DNA of 63,999 bases, the filler included, from Circinaria calcarea (taxonomy: Eukaryota), in the NCBI GenBank assembly GCA_051942165.1. It is 12 parts of 12 records of this genome, joined end to end, with 100 filler letters (N's around TTAATTAATTAA, not from the genome) between each part and the next. Parts side by side here need not be neighbours in the genome. Positions count along the whole stretch, not along the records: positions 1 to 5,277 come from JAVECS010001967.1; positions 5,378 to 10,651 come from JAVECS010001968.1; positions 10,752 to 16,023 come from JAVECS010001969.1; 9 more parts are not named here. One strand, given 5' to 3'. The position numbers were made by a program, and so were the translations under genes. Below the pieces are notes generated by a model. The model saw nothing but the letters and a program-made list of their open reading frames with translations, was not told the DNA's origin and did no database searches. Positions 1 through 13,700 of this stretch are shown piece by piece. Position 1 is the stretch's first letter. Each line of letters begins with the position of its first letter.

Positions 1-302
1 TCAACGGTTTCTAATCCTATGTAACCTTTGGCGGTGTCCCTGTGCCTCTGCAATGATTGAAGGCGTAGCGTCTGATCATATTGTGAACGACTGTCAGAGT
101 CGGAGAGGATCTTGTAGGCCGTGGTGATTTCATCCACCGAATATTTGGGTCTTGGAGGTTGAGAAGATATCTTCGCAGATTTATCTGGATGATGTTGTAG
201 TAAGGCCTGCCGGTATGCGAGTTTTACATCTGGCTGGTTAATGCTGCGGCTCGCCGTTAATGAAGTCGATAAGGCGAGTACCTCATAGTGATTGCGCGAC
301 AT
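1..302 (-). CDS. DPH4: Diphthamide biosynthesis protein 4 (J-domain + CSL zinc finger), 5' part, runs off window start
   Basis: Manual translation from ATG at 302: MSRNHYEVLAL...DVKLAYRQALLQHHPDK...YSVDEITTAYKILSDSDSRSQYDQTL...GLETVD. J-domain with HPD motif followed by the GLETVD linker that precedes the CSL finger in fungal Dph4/Jjj3. Not in the ORF track. Confidence 0.85.
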   Translation of the reverse strand, partial: MSRNHYEVLALSTSLTASRSINQPDVKLAYRQALLQHHPDKSAKISSQPPRPKYSVDEITTAYKILSDSDSRSQYDQTLRLQSLQRHRDTAKGYIGLETV

Positions 303-898
303 TAGTAGCAATAGTGAATCTGGCCTTCACTTGACACAATCATACGAAGGTAGTGCGAAGGTCATAACAATAGGTACCGTAAAATTAATATAATGCTGGT
401 ATCTTCTGCAGGGCTGAACTAAGAAGCCGAGACCCTGTAATGATAAAACACGGGGAAGCAGATTAGAGTATTTATGACGTATAACCGTAATTGGACTGAA
501 CTTCTATGCCTTAACTGTCTCAAGATTGATTCAACGCGATGCTTCCTGACGCAACTGTACCCGAGCAATCACCAAGGAGTCCGTATAACTAAACAGCAAA
601 GTACAGAGGAACTCTACCCCACACGTTATCAAAATCAAGCTTGGACAGGGCTATGACGCAGGGCTCTCGGCCATTGGCTAAGTAGGAGCGTTCAGCAGGT
701 TTCTGGTGAATGGCCAAGATGGAAACCGCATCTGTCACGGGCGCAATCATTATCCATTAAGTCCTGTTGTTTGGACGTAAATACGTTTCTTAGCTCCTGA
801 TCATACATATGAATTAACCCCACTTATCCATGGCCAAAGATGTGCCATGCCAGACTGATTTCTCTGTGCTTTGACTGGGCTAACCCAATATTCTGACA

Positions 899-3800
899 AT
901 GACTGATCATGCAGACTTCGATGAGAATGCGTCTCATCGCACATTCACCGCACCCTACACGTCAAAGCATCCGGTCCCAACAATTCAAGGCTACCACGAA
1001 CATCAGCAGCAGCGTAAGGATGTGGAGCACGTGACGGAACATGAAGACGGGAACAGAGACGAGGGTATTCTTGGTACCGTAAAAGAGTACATCACTGGTG
1101 ATGGCGACTCCAAGGATGGGACGCCTGAACCAAACGGGACACGGAAACCCTATGAGAGCGAGAATCGAAACATTGCACCATCAAACCCTACTGAAGACTC
1201 TACAGAGCAGAACGAACAGACGCAGGACCGAGATAGCCCAAACAGCAGTGGGAATAATGTCGGTGGATCTAAGCAAGACCACCTGGGAAGACGCGGTAAT
1301 CGCTCAAGCAATCAAGAGGATATTACAAACGAGCAAGATCCTCGTAAGAAAAGAAAGAACATGAAGCATATGAAGAGGGATCATGAGGGTCGAGAAGTCA
1401 CCGATCCAGTCACACACTTGCCCGTCACGATTCACGACTCGACGGACAAGGAGCTTAAGAACGTACCGGAAAACTTACCTCCAGCCGGTTCAGACACAAG
1501 GACTTCTACAGGATCAGACGGGGCTTCCAAAAGCAATTCTCAATTAGATCGTGAACAGGCGGAACAGGAAGCGGAACATAGAGGCATGAAAAAACTATTC
1601 CCTCCACCCGATTTTCAGGCTGTGAAGGAACAGCTGGCTGCTACGTACAAATTGGCACTTACTTTTGGTATTGGTGCACTTGTAGTAACGTTCCTAATGA
1701 TCACCTTGATGAGTTATTTGATTTCGAACAGCGGAGCCCGCTCGTTGGTGATGACTGTTTTGCTGCTTTTGATGGGGCTTATAATATCCGGTGTACTGGT
1801 ATGGGGGATCCGGGACTGGATGGATCACAGAGCTGAGAGGATTTGGGAGGACGAAATATGGGATGCGTCGAGACAGCAAGAGCTGAAATGGGCGGATTCC
1901 CCTACTCCAGAATCGACTCAATGGCTCAACTCTCTACTCTCTGCTGTCTGGCCGTTAATTAATCCTGATCTATTTACCAGTTTAGCAGATACGCTCGAAG
2001 ACGGTAAGCTGTTCACTCGGGAAAGGACATGATCATCTTACTTACAATATGTAGTTATGCAAGCAAGTCTTCCCAAGTTAGTCAGGATGGTTTCTGTGGA
2101 GGATCTCGGCCAAGGAAGTGAGGCGATTCGTATCCTCGGTATACGATGGCTACCTACCGGTGCTGCAGCCAAGAGCGTGAAAGTTAATGGGGAAGTCAAA
2201 TCCAGTAACGATGAGAAGAACGATCGTGCAGTGCCCGGACAAGGAGAAGTAGAAGACGACGCTAAAGCAGATGCTACTCAGCAATCGGAATCAAAGGCGC
2301 CCAAAAAGGATGATCAGGAGAATGAGAGCGAGGAGCAAGATACAGCCGAAGGAATGGAAGCCGAGGAGGGCGATTTCGTCAATGTAGAGATCGCTTTCTC
2401 CTATCGAGCTTCTAGTGGCAAGGGCCTTAAAAAGAAGGCGAAAAACGCGCATCTGTTTCTTGCGTTTTATTTGCCTGGTGGCGTAAAATTTCGTAAGTAT
2501 CTAACGACTTTGGCGCCATATGCTGTACACCATTTCCGAATATTAGTGCTAACTACTTTCCTGGATAGCGGTTTGGGTGGAGATGAATGGTATTGTCGGG
2601 ACTATGAGGATGCGCCTACAACTCTGTCCAGATCCACCGTTCTTCTCCTTGTGCACACTCACGCTCCTCGGTCAACCCAAGGCTAACTTGTCCTGTATAC
2701 CGCTGACAAAACACGGCTTGAACATTATGGATCTTCCCATCATCTCGTCATTTGTTCAGAGTTCCATAGACGCGGCGTTAGCCGAATACGTTGCACCCAA
2801 AAGTCTTACTTTGGACCTTAAAGACATGCTGGTTGGGGATGACTTCAAAAAGGATACAAGTGCTCGAGGAGTCCTCATGGTCAAAATCAAGCGAGCAAAA
2901 GATTTCAAACAAGGTGATGGAAATCTCGGAGGTCTGAAAAAAGGATCCGCAGACACATATGTGACTGTAGGTTGGGCCAAATATGGTAAACCTTTGTGGT
3001 CGACTCGAGTTATTCTTGATGACATGGAACCCATCTGGGACGAAACAGGATTCATTCTCGTGGGGCCCGAGGAAACAAATGCCGACGAACGTTTGCGTAT
3101 ACATTTGTGGGATTCTGATAGGACATCGGCCGATGACGACCTTGGTAGGATCGAGGTCGAACTCAAGGAACTCATGCACAGTAAGCATTCAACGGGCAAG
3201 ATGTGGGAACGGAAAGATGGATTCGGAGCTATGGATGCGGACGAGAAAATGCCGGGCTGTCTGGAATGGAGTGTTGGGTACTTTACCAAGCTTCGAATAC
3301 AGGGCGACCAATTAGCGCGGCAGACCTCAGAACCTGATATTAGAAATATGCAACAGTTAAAAGATACAGTCTCCAAGGAAGCGGAACGGAAACTCAGAGA
3401 AGCCACCGAACGGGAGAGGTCCGATGAGCTCGAGCAGCAGAAAGCCCAAGACTTGAAGATTCGGGAGGATAGCTTAATCATCTCGTCACCACCACCAATA
3501 GACTATCCTACAGGAATCCTCTCAATACAGGTCCACAACATCACAGGTTTGGAATTCGAAAAGAAAAACAAAAACGATGGTGAAGGCGACGAAGGTGACG
3601 ATGTAAATGAAGGTAGTGAAGATCTTCCTTCAAGCTACTGTACAGTCATCCTCAATCACCAAAAGATTTTCATGACTAGGACCAAACCCAAAAATAACAA
3701 ACCGTTTTTCAACGCTGGTACTGAACGTATGGTGCGTGACTGGAGGACCACAGAAGTTCTAATATCAGTCAGAGACTCTCGTGTACATGAAGACGATCCT

Positions 3801-4856
3801 ATGATAGGCATTGTGTACCTTCCGTTGAGCCGCCTCTTTCACAATCGTTCCCAGATCAATGACACCTTTCCCCTTGCGGGAGGTATCGGCTATGGTCGTA
3901 TTCGCCTCAGTATGGTGTTTCGGTCAATACAGCTCCAAGTACCCAAGGAGCTCCTCGGCTGGGACTACGGGACACTCGAAATTACCGATTCAATTACCAC
4001 AAAGGATCTCGCAGCCGACTTAAAAGGTCTGCGGCTGAAGCTTCGTAGCTCTATCAATCGTGGCAAGATGCATAGTGCTGGGAATGATGAGCATTGGGCT
4101 GGGAAAAGGAACAGACACGTATATCTCGCCATACGGAAACGGTACAGTTCTTGCCTTGTGATTGAGTTTCGCAAGAACAGCATCGGTTTCGATAAGACAT
4201 CCGCCTTTGCAATTCTCTGGCTGAAAGACATTCCTGACGACGAAGAGAGGACCGTTACTCTACCTGTCTGGCGTGGGCATACGGAGTTAAAGCGGGCTGA
4301 AACGAACTGCTTGGAAATTATGGGGGAAAGGGTGGGAAGCTTGGAGGTACCGCTGAAGTTTTGGCACGGTCTCGGTGGGTACCATAAGAGACTAACGAGC
4401 AGGAACCCCAATCTCAAAGATGTCTTTGAGGTTCTCGACACGGCTAGCGATAATCGGGAAGTTCGAGAATCAATGCCTGGTGCCGATGAGAGTGACTCCA
4501 GCAGCTCAGATGAGTCTGATAGCCACGAGGACGACGGTGGAAGTAGGGCTTCTACCGAAAACACAGTAAGCGACGAGTATGATAAGCATAACCAGGAGGA
4601 TGGCAAACGTGGTCCCTTGGACCAGCTAAAGGACTACAAAGATCATCACAAACAGTTGCATCGGCAGCATCGGGGAATCATGCAGTACAAGGTTTGTGAC
4701 GGATCGGAGGTACAGAGGAGCGGTTGCTAATATCTGCGTCAATAGGGAGCGCGAACGGCGAATTGGATGAAGACCAAGGTGCAACACGGCAAGGATCATA
4801 TTCTGGACAATTTCAAACATCACGATCGGGACTCTGGAGTGGAGACGGAGGTTTAA
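899..4856 (+). CDS. Mug190-like SMP + C2 domain membrane-contact protein (tricalbin/extended-synaptotagmin-like)
   Basis: Exons 899-2003, 2055-2492, 2569-4691, 4746-4856, all GT-AG, giving a continuous frame (DTLEDVMQASLPK; GVKFPVWVEM; ...SGVETEV*). Two TM segments, PESTQWLNSLL SMP start, two C2 domains (DSDRTSADDDLG; DSRVHEDDPMIG). Confidence 0.9.
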
Positions 4857-5277
4857 GCATTCTCGAAAGCCAGGTTGGTGTTATTGAAAGCGTGTATGGT
4901 GTGTACGGAGCAGGTGTTCTCGTAAAGCCTAGGTATAGGCAACAGAACTGGCATATTACAAGCGGGCATTCTATCTACCCTTTGCAGGCATGGAATATCA
5001 GATTGTAGGACGGTGTTATCTTGTTTAATTGTCCATTTCAAAATACCCACCACATGCAAAACTCAATCGAGATACACCTCTTCTCGCTCCCAAGATTTTG
5101 ACCCTAAATTGATCGAGGCCCTAACACGAGACATTGAAAAAAACCTTCCCCTCGCACTACATAAAAGTCAAACCTCCACAACCCACGGACTAAACCTTCC
5201 TTTCCTCATCGTTTCACATCCCTAGCTAACATCTATCTATCCCATCCCTCGGTACCCCCTCCTCCCTCCTCTCCCTC

Positions 5278-5377
5278 NNNNNNNNNNNNNNNNNNNNNNN
5301 NNNNNNNNNNNNNNNNNNNNNTTAATTAATTAANNNNNNNNNNNNNNNNNNNNNNNNNNNNNNNNNNNNNNNNNNNN
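5278..5377. other. Artificial contig linker N44-TTAATTAATTAA-N44 (first of 11)
   Basis: Identical 100-nt spacers at 5278, 10652, 16024, 21396, 26765, 32134, 37501, 42867, 48224, 53577 and 58926. The core places stop codons in all six frames. Confidence 0.99.
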
Positions 5378-8300
5378 GCCTGAAATGACCAGCGGCGTCT
5401 TCAGTCGCTGTACCTTCTGGTGGTTGAATAGCCTTCTCAAGTCCGGGTTTTATGTCAGTCTTTCACTAGAAGACCTGACTCCTGTGGATTCTCGGCTTTC
5501 ATCCGTCGTATTACGAAGTCAGTTACAATGGGCGTGGGATCATTGTAAGAGAGAATCTTGTGTTCTCACACTAGGATATAATGCTAATCCTTCATCTTCG
5601 GAAGGCCGTCAGGATAGTCCTCGATCGCTTGTGTATGCAACCTTCAGATGCTTCTTTTGGCCATTAATAATTGCAATTCCACCGCGACTTGCTCTTATTG
5701 GATTCAGCTATTCGCAGCCCTTCCTGATCAGTCGTATCATAACATTCGTGGATCAGCCACCAAGCGTTACAAGCATCAAAAATGGATATGGACTCATTGG
5801 AGCAACATGCGTGATCTATGTTGGACTGGCTGTAAACTCTCTTGAGATCTCTACATTAGTCTGACGGTGCTAATTCTCCGAGCAGATATCTACAGCAACA
5901 TACAAGCATATGGTTTATCGTACTATTACTATGTTCCGAGGCGGATTGGTATCACTCATTTACTCGAAGACGCTAGTTATTGTTGGCGCAAATCTAAATG
6001 ACGCTGCTGCAGTAACATTGATGAGCACCGATGTTGAGCGAATTTGCAGTGGTCTTCAAAACATTCACGAAGTTTGGGCGAACTCGATTGAAGTTGCAAT
6101 AGCTATATACCTCTTGGCGATGCAAGTTGGTGTGGCTAGTGTAGTCACTGTGGGATTGGTTATCGGTCAGATTTCCTGCGACTATGACTGATGAAGCTGA
6201 CAAAGGTTTTCGGAGAAGTTGGTACCCTGCTCTCTACGCAGCTTGGAAAACTCATGGGCCCGGGCCAGGCAAATTGGAACCAGGCCGTACAAAGGAGGGT
6301 CGCAGTAACTTCTGCTGTCCTTCAATCTATAAAAGGTATAAGGTTGATGGGTTTAACTAAGCTTTTGTCGGATAAAATTCAAAGTCTTAGGATTTCCGAA
6401 CTAGAGCTGTCAAAAGTCTTCCGGAAGCTTATCGTTTGGATGAATCTCAACTGTGAGCTATTTTAGGTAATGTCTGTTATATGTTTCGATCAATGGCTTA
6501 TCACTTAGTAAACCTAGCAAACTTCGCAGCTATCGTGTCTCCACTCATCACGTTTACTGTCGTCTATGCTATGGCAAAGTCGATAAACGTCGCCCAAGCA
6601 TTTACATCGCTTGCTATTATTACTCTGTTGACCAATCCGCTCTCCTCGCTACTGAGTTCCGTGCCAAGCTTTGCAGCCACTTTAGGCTGCTTCAATAGGA
6701 TCCAGGAATACCTCCGCTCCGAGGAGCATAAGATTCTCAGAATGGCCGACGACGAAGTAGACTCTATTCGGAACTCTAGCTTCCAGCAAGATCTACCCGG
6801 CACTGCGAACAACCAGTCAATTCAGCTGGAACTGTTAAAGTCTTCCCTTCAGCCTGCTCATCGTTATCCTCAAGATGCTTTACTTAGAATCGAAAAGTGT
6901 TCCTTTGGCGATCCTCCTATCCTCCACGATATTACCTTAACCGTCGAAAGAGCACCTCTGACCATGATATCTGGTCAAGTTGGGACTGGCAAGTCCATGC
7001 TTATCAAATGTATACTAGGAGAGCTTCTAAATAGTACCGGTACTATGCATAAGAAAATCAAAGAGATTGCATACTGCGCTCAGAGTCCGTGGTTACTCAG
7101 TACCTCTATTAAACAAAATATCTTAAGCGAATCTGACAATCGTGATTTTGATGAGGCGTGGTATAAGACAGTTATTCATGCGTGTGACCTACATTCGGAC
7201 ATTGCTCTTCTTCCCGAGGGCGACCAATTTGAGGTTGGAAGCAACGGGATCGGTCTTAGTGGTGGTCAGAAACAACGCGTGGTAATTGTGAATCTTGGCA
7301 GACTTCGAGGACCCAGCTGACATCTTATAGGCCCTTGCACGAGCCGTGTACTCTAAGAAGTCCCTAATATTACTCGACGACACGCTATCTGGCATGGATT
7401 CGACGACTGGCCGGCGCATCTTTGAGCGATTGCTTGGCCCAGCTGGGCTTTTCCGGAAGTATGGTATCACCGTAGTATACGCTACACATGCAGGTGGGCC
7501 ACCACATTCGAAGTATGAGAAAATACTTCATACTAAATGTCCTAGTCCAGTATCTTCGATCAGCAGATAAAATCGTGGTGCTTGGCCAAGGTGGCATTAT
7601 TGAGGAGCAAGGCAGCTTTGACGAATTGAACTCAAACAATGGATTTGTGCAGAGCCTAATGCTCAGGAATGGGACTTCCACCCCCCTGGAAGAGACTGTA
7701 GCATCTCCGGCGAAGCCCCAGACTCTCGAAGCTACAAGAAAGTCCATAGCTCGTAACAATGAAGATATCAATCGGAGAACCGGCGACTTATCCATCTACA
7801 AGTACTACTTCAAGTCGATTGGCTGGCGGCATGGTCTCTTCTATCTCGGCTTTTTGACTTGTTACATCTTTTTCTACAAGTTTCCACGTAAAGTATTTCC
7901 AATTTATGCTCTACGTTTTATGCTAATTACTGGGTGCATAGAGGTCTGGCTAAAATTCTGGACCACGGCAGAGAAGTCTTCCTCCGGCGCAAATTCACCC
8001 TACTATCTAGGAATCTATGGCTTGCTGACTGGCTTAAGTATTATGACGATGGTGATGACAATATGGTAAGTAGTTACCGCATATCTAGATATCCGGAGCT
8101 AATAAATGGAAATAGGTTCTGGTTTGTCGTGGTAATACCTATATCTGCTCAGAATCTCCACTTGACTCTACTCAATGTTGTAATGAGGCAAGTCAAGTCC
8201 AATAAATTAAATAGTATAAGCCAACCCGCTAAAAACCTGGCACAGAGCTCCACTTATATTTTTCATTGAAACGGATAACGGAGTTACGCTCAATAGGTAC

Positions 8301-10049
8301 GTTCCTGTGAGAAATTATGACGAAGCCGGTGTACAGAAGTGGTTGCTGTCCCCCTGTACTTTCTTTTGCATCGAAATCGGTAATGATTTCGGTACACCGG
8401 CATCGTACCATTACTTCTGGTACTCTTTGACTTAATCATCGCAGGTTCAGCCAAGATATGCAGCTTATTGACCAAGCTCTTCCTTCTGCAGCCTTCACGA
8501 CATCTTCAGGTATGTGGCAGCTTTACCCTTCTTGATCAGAAGCTCATTGTTCTGCAGGCGTTCTTGTTTGCATAATGGAGGTGGGCTTCATCGGTTCTGG
8601 CGCTAGATTGGTCACCGTTACAATCCCGGTCATTCTACTCGTCCTCTATTGTGTACAAAAATTTTACCTAAGGACGTCTCGACAACTTCGGTTTCTGGAC
8701 CTTGAGGCTAAATCGCCGTTATATGCTCATTTCACAGACACATTAAACGGTTTAGATACTATAAGGGCCTTTGGTTGGGAAAAAGCGTTCAAAGCCCAGA
8801 ATATCAAACACCTGGACGTGTCACAGAAACCCTTTTACTTACTGTATTGCATACAACGGTGGTTGAACTTGGTCCTCGATTTTGTTGTTGCAGCTCTTGC
8901 GGTGCTTCTTGTAACAATTGCTATTGAGGACCAATCAATCACTAGCGGTGGAGCTATAGGTATAGCACTCAATAATGTCCTGGGCTTCAATATCAGCTTG
9001 GCAAACCTTGTCAACTCTTGGACAACACTGGAGACATCTCTGGGTGCTATTTCTCGATTGAAAAGTTTCGAGAAGAAGACAAAGGTGGAGAGCCAGCCGG
9101 GAGAACCGGATGAGCCCCCAGGACAGTGGCCTACAAATGGATCCATCGAAATTCGGAACGTCTCTGTTTTTATAGGGTATATTTCCTATTCAACAAAGAC
9201 TCTACTGTTGCTAACATTTCTGGTACTAGCACTAATCCGATACTGCAAGATATCTCCATCAGCATAGAAAGTGGTGAGAAGCTAGGCATCTGCGGAAGGA
9301 CTGGGAGGTGAGTTCCTCATACGCTGATTCTCAAGACACAACTCTTACTCAAGCAATCATCTTCAGTGGTAAATCATCTCTAGTTCTCACCCTCTTCCGC
9401 CTTCTTACTCCCACATCCGGCTCGATTGTTATAGATGACCTCGATACTGCTCATATGCCCCGCGACACTCTACGCGCACGTCTAACGACTATTCCCCAAG
9501 ATCCTGTTTTCATCCCTGGCTCTATCCGCTTCAACCTCGACCCACACGCCCTTGCTGCAGACTCCCAGATAACAACCGCGGTGAAACGCATCGGCCTATG
9601 GGATCTCATTTCGGCATCAGGTGGACTGGATGGTGACATAGATGGACTGAAGATGTCAGAAGGCCAAAAACAGCTCTTTGCTTGGGGACGTGCTTTGCAG
9701 TCTAATAGTAAAATTCTGGTTGTTGATGAGGCGACTAGCAGGTGAGTTCCTATACATAGACATACGTGCTTGCACCTCGATTCTCAGTAAACACCTTCGG
9801 TCAGTCATCGCCCTATCTCACTAACTCCTGAATAGTATTGATATTAAAACCGAAGCCCTTGTCCAGGATATCCTGCGGACAGAGTTTAAGGCGCATACTG
9901 TTATCTCTATTGCGCATCGATTAAGCACGATTATTAATTTCGACCGCATTCTGGTACTTGAAGGGGGCAGAGTTATAGAATTTGATGAGCCGGCGGCACT
10001 ACTGAAAAGAGAAAGTAAATTCAGAAATTTGTGGGAAAACCAGCATTAA
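5378..10049 (+). CDS. ABCC/MRP-type ABC transporter (TMD1-NBD1-TMD2-NBD2), 5'-truncated, multi-exon
   Basis: FWWLN motif; NBD1 Walker A GQVGTGKS, LSGGQKQR, Walker B ILLDD; RQLRFLDLEAKSPLY; NBD2 GRTGSGKSS, MSEGQKQL, VVDEATS, IAHRL. Last exon 9836-10049 ends ...LWENQH*. About 13 introns reconstruct an intact frame. Confidence 0.93.
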
Positions 10050-10651
10050 AATAAACATCGGGTAATAAACAGTAAAGAAATTATTTTTAGAATTATTTCG
10101 AATTTAAAATAAAATATCGATTTCTTTCGCAAATTTATATTTCTTAAAAAAATTAAATAATAAATTTTTTAATAAAAAATATAATAAATTTAATTTATAA
10201 TATTTTATAAATATTTTATAAGAATTTAAATTTTTTTTTTTATTATTTTTTATATATATTAAAAATTATATTTTAAATATAATTAGAAGCTTATATAATT
10301 CCGCGGAATAAAATTATTTATAAATAAAACTATCGTGCACGCGGTATTTAAGGAAAAAATATTAATTATTTTAAAAAAAAACCTTTAGAACGTGCAGGTT
10401 ATATAAAATAAATTAAATTCGATAAATAAAACCCTTAATTTAGAATACTTAATTAAAAAATCTAATGAATTAAATAGTATCGTCTTATTAATAATATTAA
10501 AAGAATATATAATATATAAAGAATTATTTAAGGAAAAGCCAGATTATAAAATTTTATTTAAATATTAATTATAAAACTATAAGATAAAAATTAAAAAAAG
10601 AAAAATATTAATTAAAAAATTTATTTATTTATTATTAATAAAGAAGCTTAA
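10050..10651. repeat. Extremely AT-rich RIP-degraded repeat relic
   Basis: Abrupt switch to almost pure A/T with abundant TpA; many surviving C/G sit in CpG-containing words (ccgcgg, atcgtgcacgcgg, ttcgat). Ends at a contig break. Confidence 0.75.
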
Positions 10652-10751
10652 NNNNNNNNNNNNNNNNNNNNNNNNNNNNNNNNNNNNNNNNNNNNTTAAT
10701 TAATTAANNNNNNNNNNNNNNNNNNNNNNNNNNNNNNNNNNNNNNNNNNNN

Positions 10752-13700
10752 AGCGCAGCAACAGCAGACTGAGAAAAGATTTGCTGAGGTTGGTCAGCCC
10801 TCAAGCGAAATCCAACAAGTCGGCTTGTTTGCCGTTTACGACTTCGGACTCGTTTGCCTCGACCACCAAGATCGCTCGATCCTTTTTCATGAAATCTGGC
10901 AAGATGAAGAGCCTACACCGGAAGGAGAAGAGCGGGGATAGCGTGCTCATACTGGCAGACGAGGGCGCATCTGTCGTCGCGGCACCGACACACCAAGTCA
11001 ACCGTCCAGTTCGAGTGCCATTGGAAAATCGGAATGGGACTGAGGCTCCGTATAGAGCATCCGACGAGCTAGCAACAATGGATAGAATCTTCGAGGAGGA
11101 TTACACGTCAGCGGAATCAAGGTCGGCCAAGCGAAATTCAATGTTTGTAGGACTACCCGACTATCGTGTGGACTCGGACTCGATTTCGGGTTTCATCGAT
11201 CCAAAATTCTTCCTGCAAAAGGCATTCGGTATCACCTTGGAAGAGAACACCGACAAGGGAACGTTCCCGATGTTGGAAACCATCGACTCGAACACATCAA
11301 GCAATTCGACCGGCTCGACAGCACAAGATCAACCATCAGCGGTTACAACAGTAAAAGATCGAAGGCCCAGGATTCACGTCTCAATACCCGATAAAAAAAA
11401 GACACAGACGTTGGCATCGAATCGGAATTTCGATGGTAACGCTCGCGGAACGCCCAACACCGTGTCACCACCGTCGACCACCACGATGCATCAACGGCGT
11501 TTTAACGGTGTCGCGACCGCACGACATTCCATCATCTCCCCACTTTCGGTAATGGAGATGCCCAAGCCACGAAGGCCCTTCTCCGCCGTCTCCCTAGAGG
11601 GAATGACGGCACACATGCCCGAAAGTACAGCGGCGATTCCGAAATCGCGGTCGACGTCTTCGGAAGATTCCCGCAACGAACCGTACGAACGCTCGTCCGG
11701 CCATAGCCCGCGATCGTCCATGTCGAGTATGGGATCGGAGCCGACGTCGTATAAGCAGCAGCAGCAGCGGCAGCAGGAGCAGCAGCAGGAGCAGGAGAGC
11801 GGAGGGAACAGTGTTCCTAGCCTAGCGCCGGCGTTAAAGGGAGCAGCTGGGCCCGACAGGCATGGTCCTAGCCCGTCGCCCAGGCACATACGAAGCCAAG
11901 CCTCGGTTCCAGGTCCAGGGACCACTCCACCTCGGAGCCTGAAAACGCAGAGCAGCGCCATCTCCCTCAACGGCCCCGCTGCCGTCGATACAAACAAACC
12001 TCTGCCACCGGAACCCGGCCAGGTGAATGTCGCACCGCTCAACGTCGTCGGCGCATCGCCATCGCCATCGAGCACGATTACGGTACGGCAGCGCGTGGCC
12101 ACGATGGAATCGGGATGCTTCGTAAGCAGCAACAGTAGCGTCACCCGCCGGTCGTCCAAAGCATCGACGCTGAAGAGCAAGTACACCCCAAAGGACTTGG
12201 ATGCCCTCGACGACGCCTTTCAACGCAACATGCCGCTCAAGCACCAGACATCGCGATCGTACGCTAGCAACTCCACCCCCACACTTAGTGAGGTGACCCT
12301 GGCGCTCGAGAATCAACTTGACACGATCAAGGAAGACTCTCCACAGCATTCGGTAATGGTGCCAAGCGTCTACGATCCTCTCCAGATCAGTCGGGGGCCT
12401 ATGCGAATGGAACCATCGCGGCGGGCACCGTATCCACCAGCTCAGACGGGGTCACCGGCGCAAGAACCGAGAAGAGGGGCGGGGTCCTATCATCGCTCTG
12501 GATCTCCCATGCGTGAACCCCGAAGGGTACCACCTCCTTCAGCGCGTACCGTCTCGCCTGCACGCGAAGCGAGAAAAGCTCCGTCGCCTTCGATTCACGC
12601 CAGTTCCCCAACGTTCGACAAATACGAAGCACCGCCGCGGAAGCGGGTCGTGAAGAAAGCCGCCAGCAGCAATCATGTGGCCACGCAACTGAGGGCGTCG
12701 GACCATACTCACCGGCGGTCATCAACGGTTGTGCACGGTTCGAGTGCGAAAGCCAACCGGATCCTTGGCAAGGATGGTGCTGTCACCCCGGTTCGGATAG
12801 AGCGCAAGGAAAGCATGGAGTCCAACTGGACTCCGAACGAGTCGCCTCAGGTCTATACCACCTCGACAAGCCCTACAGAGGGAACCCACACGCCCGAGAG
12901 TGAGCTCTCAGTACCCGACGCCCACTTTGAGGAAATCCGTAAAAGGTTGGAACTTCTGAGTCCAAAAGATGATCCGTCCTTGACCTTTCTTGCTTTCCAC
13001 CAAATGAATGCATCCAGAGCGTCCGTCAAACTACCAGTCGGCCAGGATAAGATCGGCCATATATTCATGAAGACCGATCTTCATTCTACACACAGTCCGT
13101 CCGTTGAGCACAAGATTGAAATTCCTAATTTCATCGCAGAATTGGAAGCTACCCGCAGTTCTTCACCTGTGGAGCTTGAAGACACGCAACGACCGCCTCC
13201 TCCGGCTGTCGTATCTGAGAAAATCCCCTTGGTGGAGACGGTAGAATGTCCGAATGAAAGCAACGTCCATCCACTTGAACGTCGCGGTCGAGTAGAAATA
13301 TTACCACCTCCGCCCGACCCACCGGCCGTGAAACCACGTTCCATACACCATTCCAGATCGGTAAAAGCCCGCTCATTGGCATCCCTGGCCATGTCGGAAA
13401 TCCCGGAACTCTACGCTGAATTACCTTCTCCGAAAGGGGTTAACCGACCCTCCATGACGGCCGAGGAAGTCGAACAGCTTATCTCTGCTGATGCCGCCGA
13501 ACGTGTCTTGCTTCGTATCCTACAAAGTCTCGAGAATCTCAAAGATTTGTTTGCTGCGGCAACCGTTAGCAGAGGGTTCTATCGTACCTTCAAGCGCCAT
13601 GAGCTTTCCCTTGTGAAAAATGCTCTTTGGTGCATGTCACCAGCCGCTTGGGAGTTGCGCGAAATGAGCGTACCAAGTGGCTTCATCGACTACTCTCCTT

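Noticed and set aside
9653..9680. Deviant ABC signature MSEGQ in NBD2
   Set aside because: A degenerate NBD2 signature is normal for ABCC transporters.
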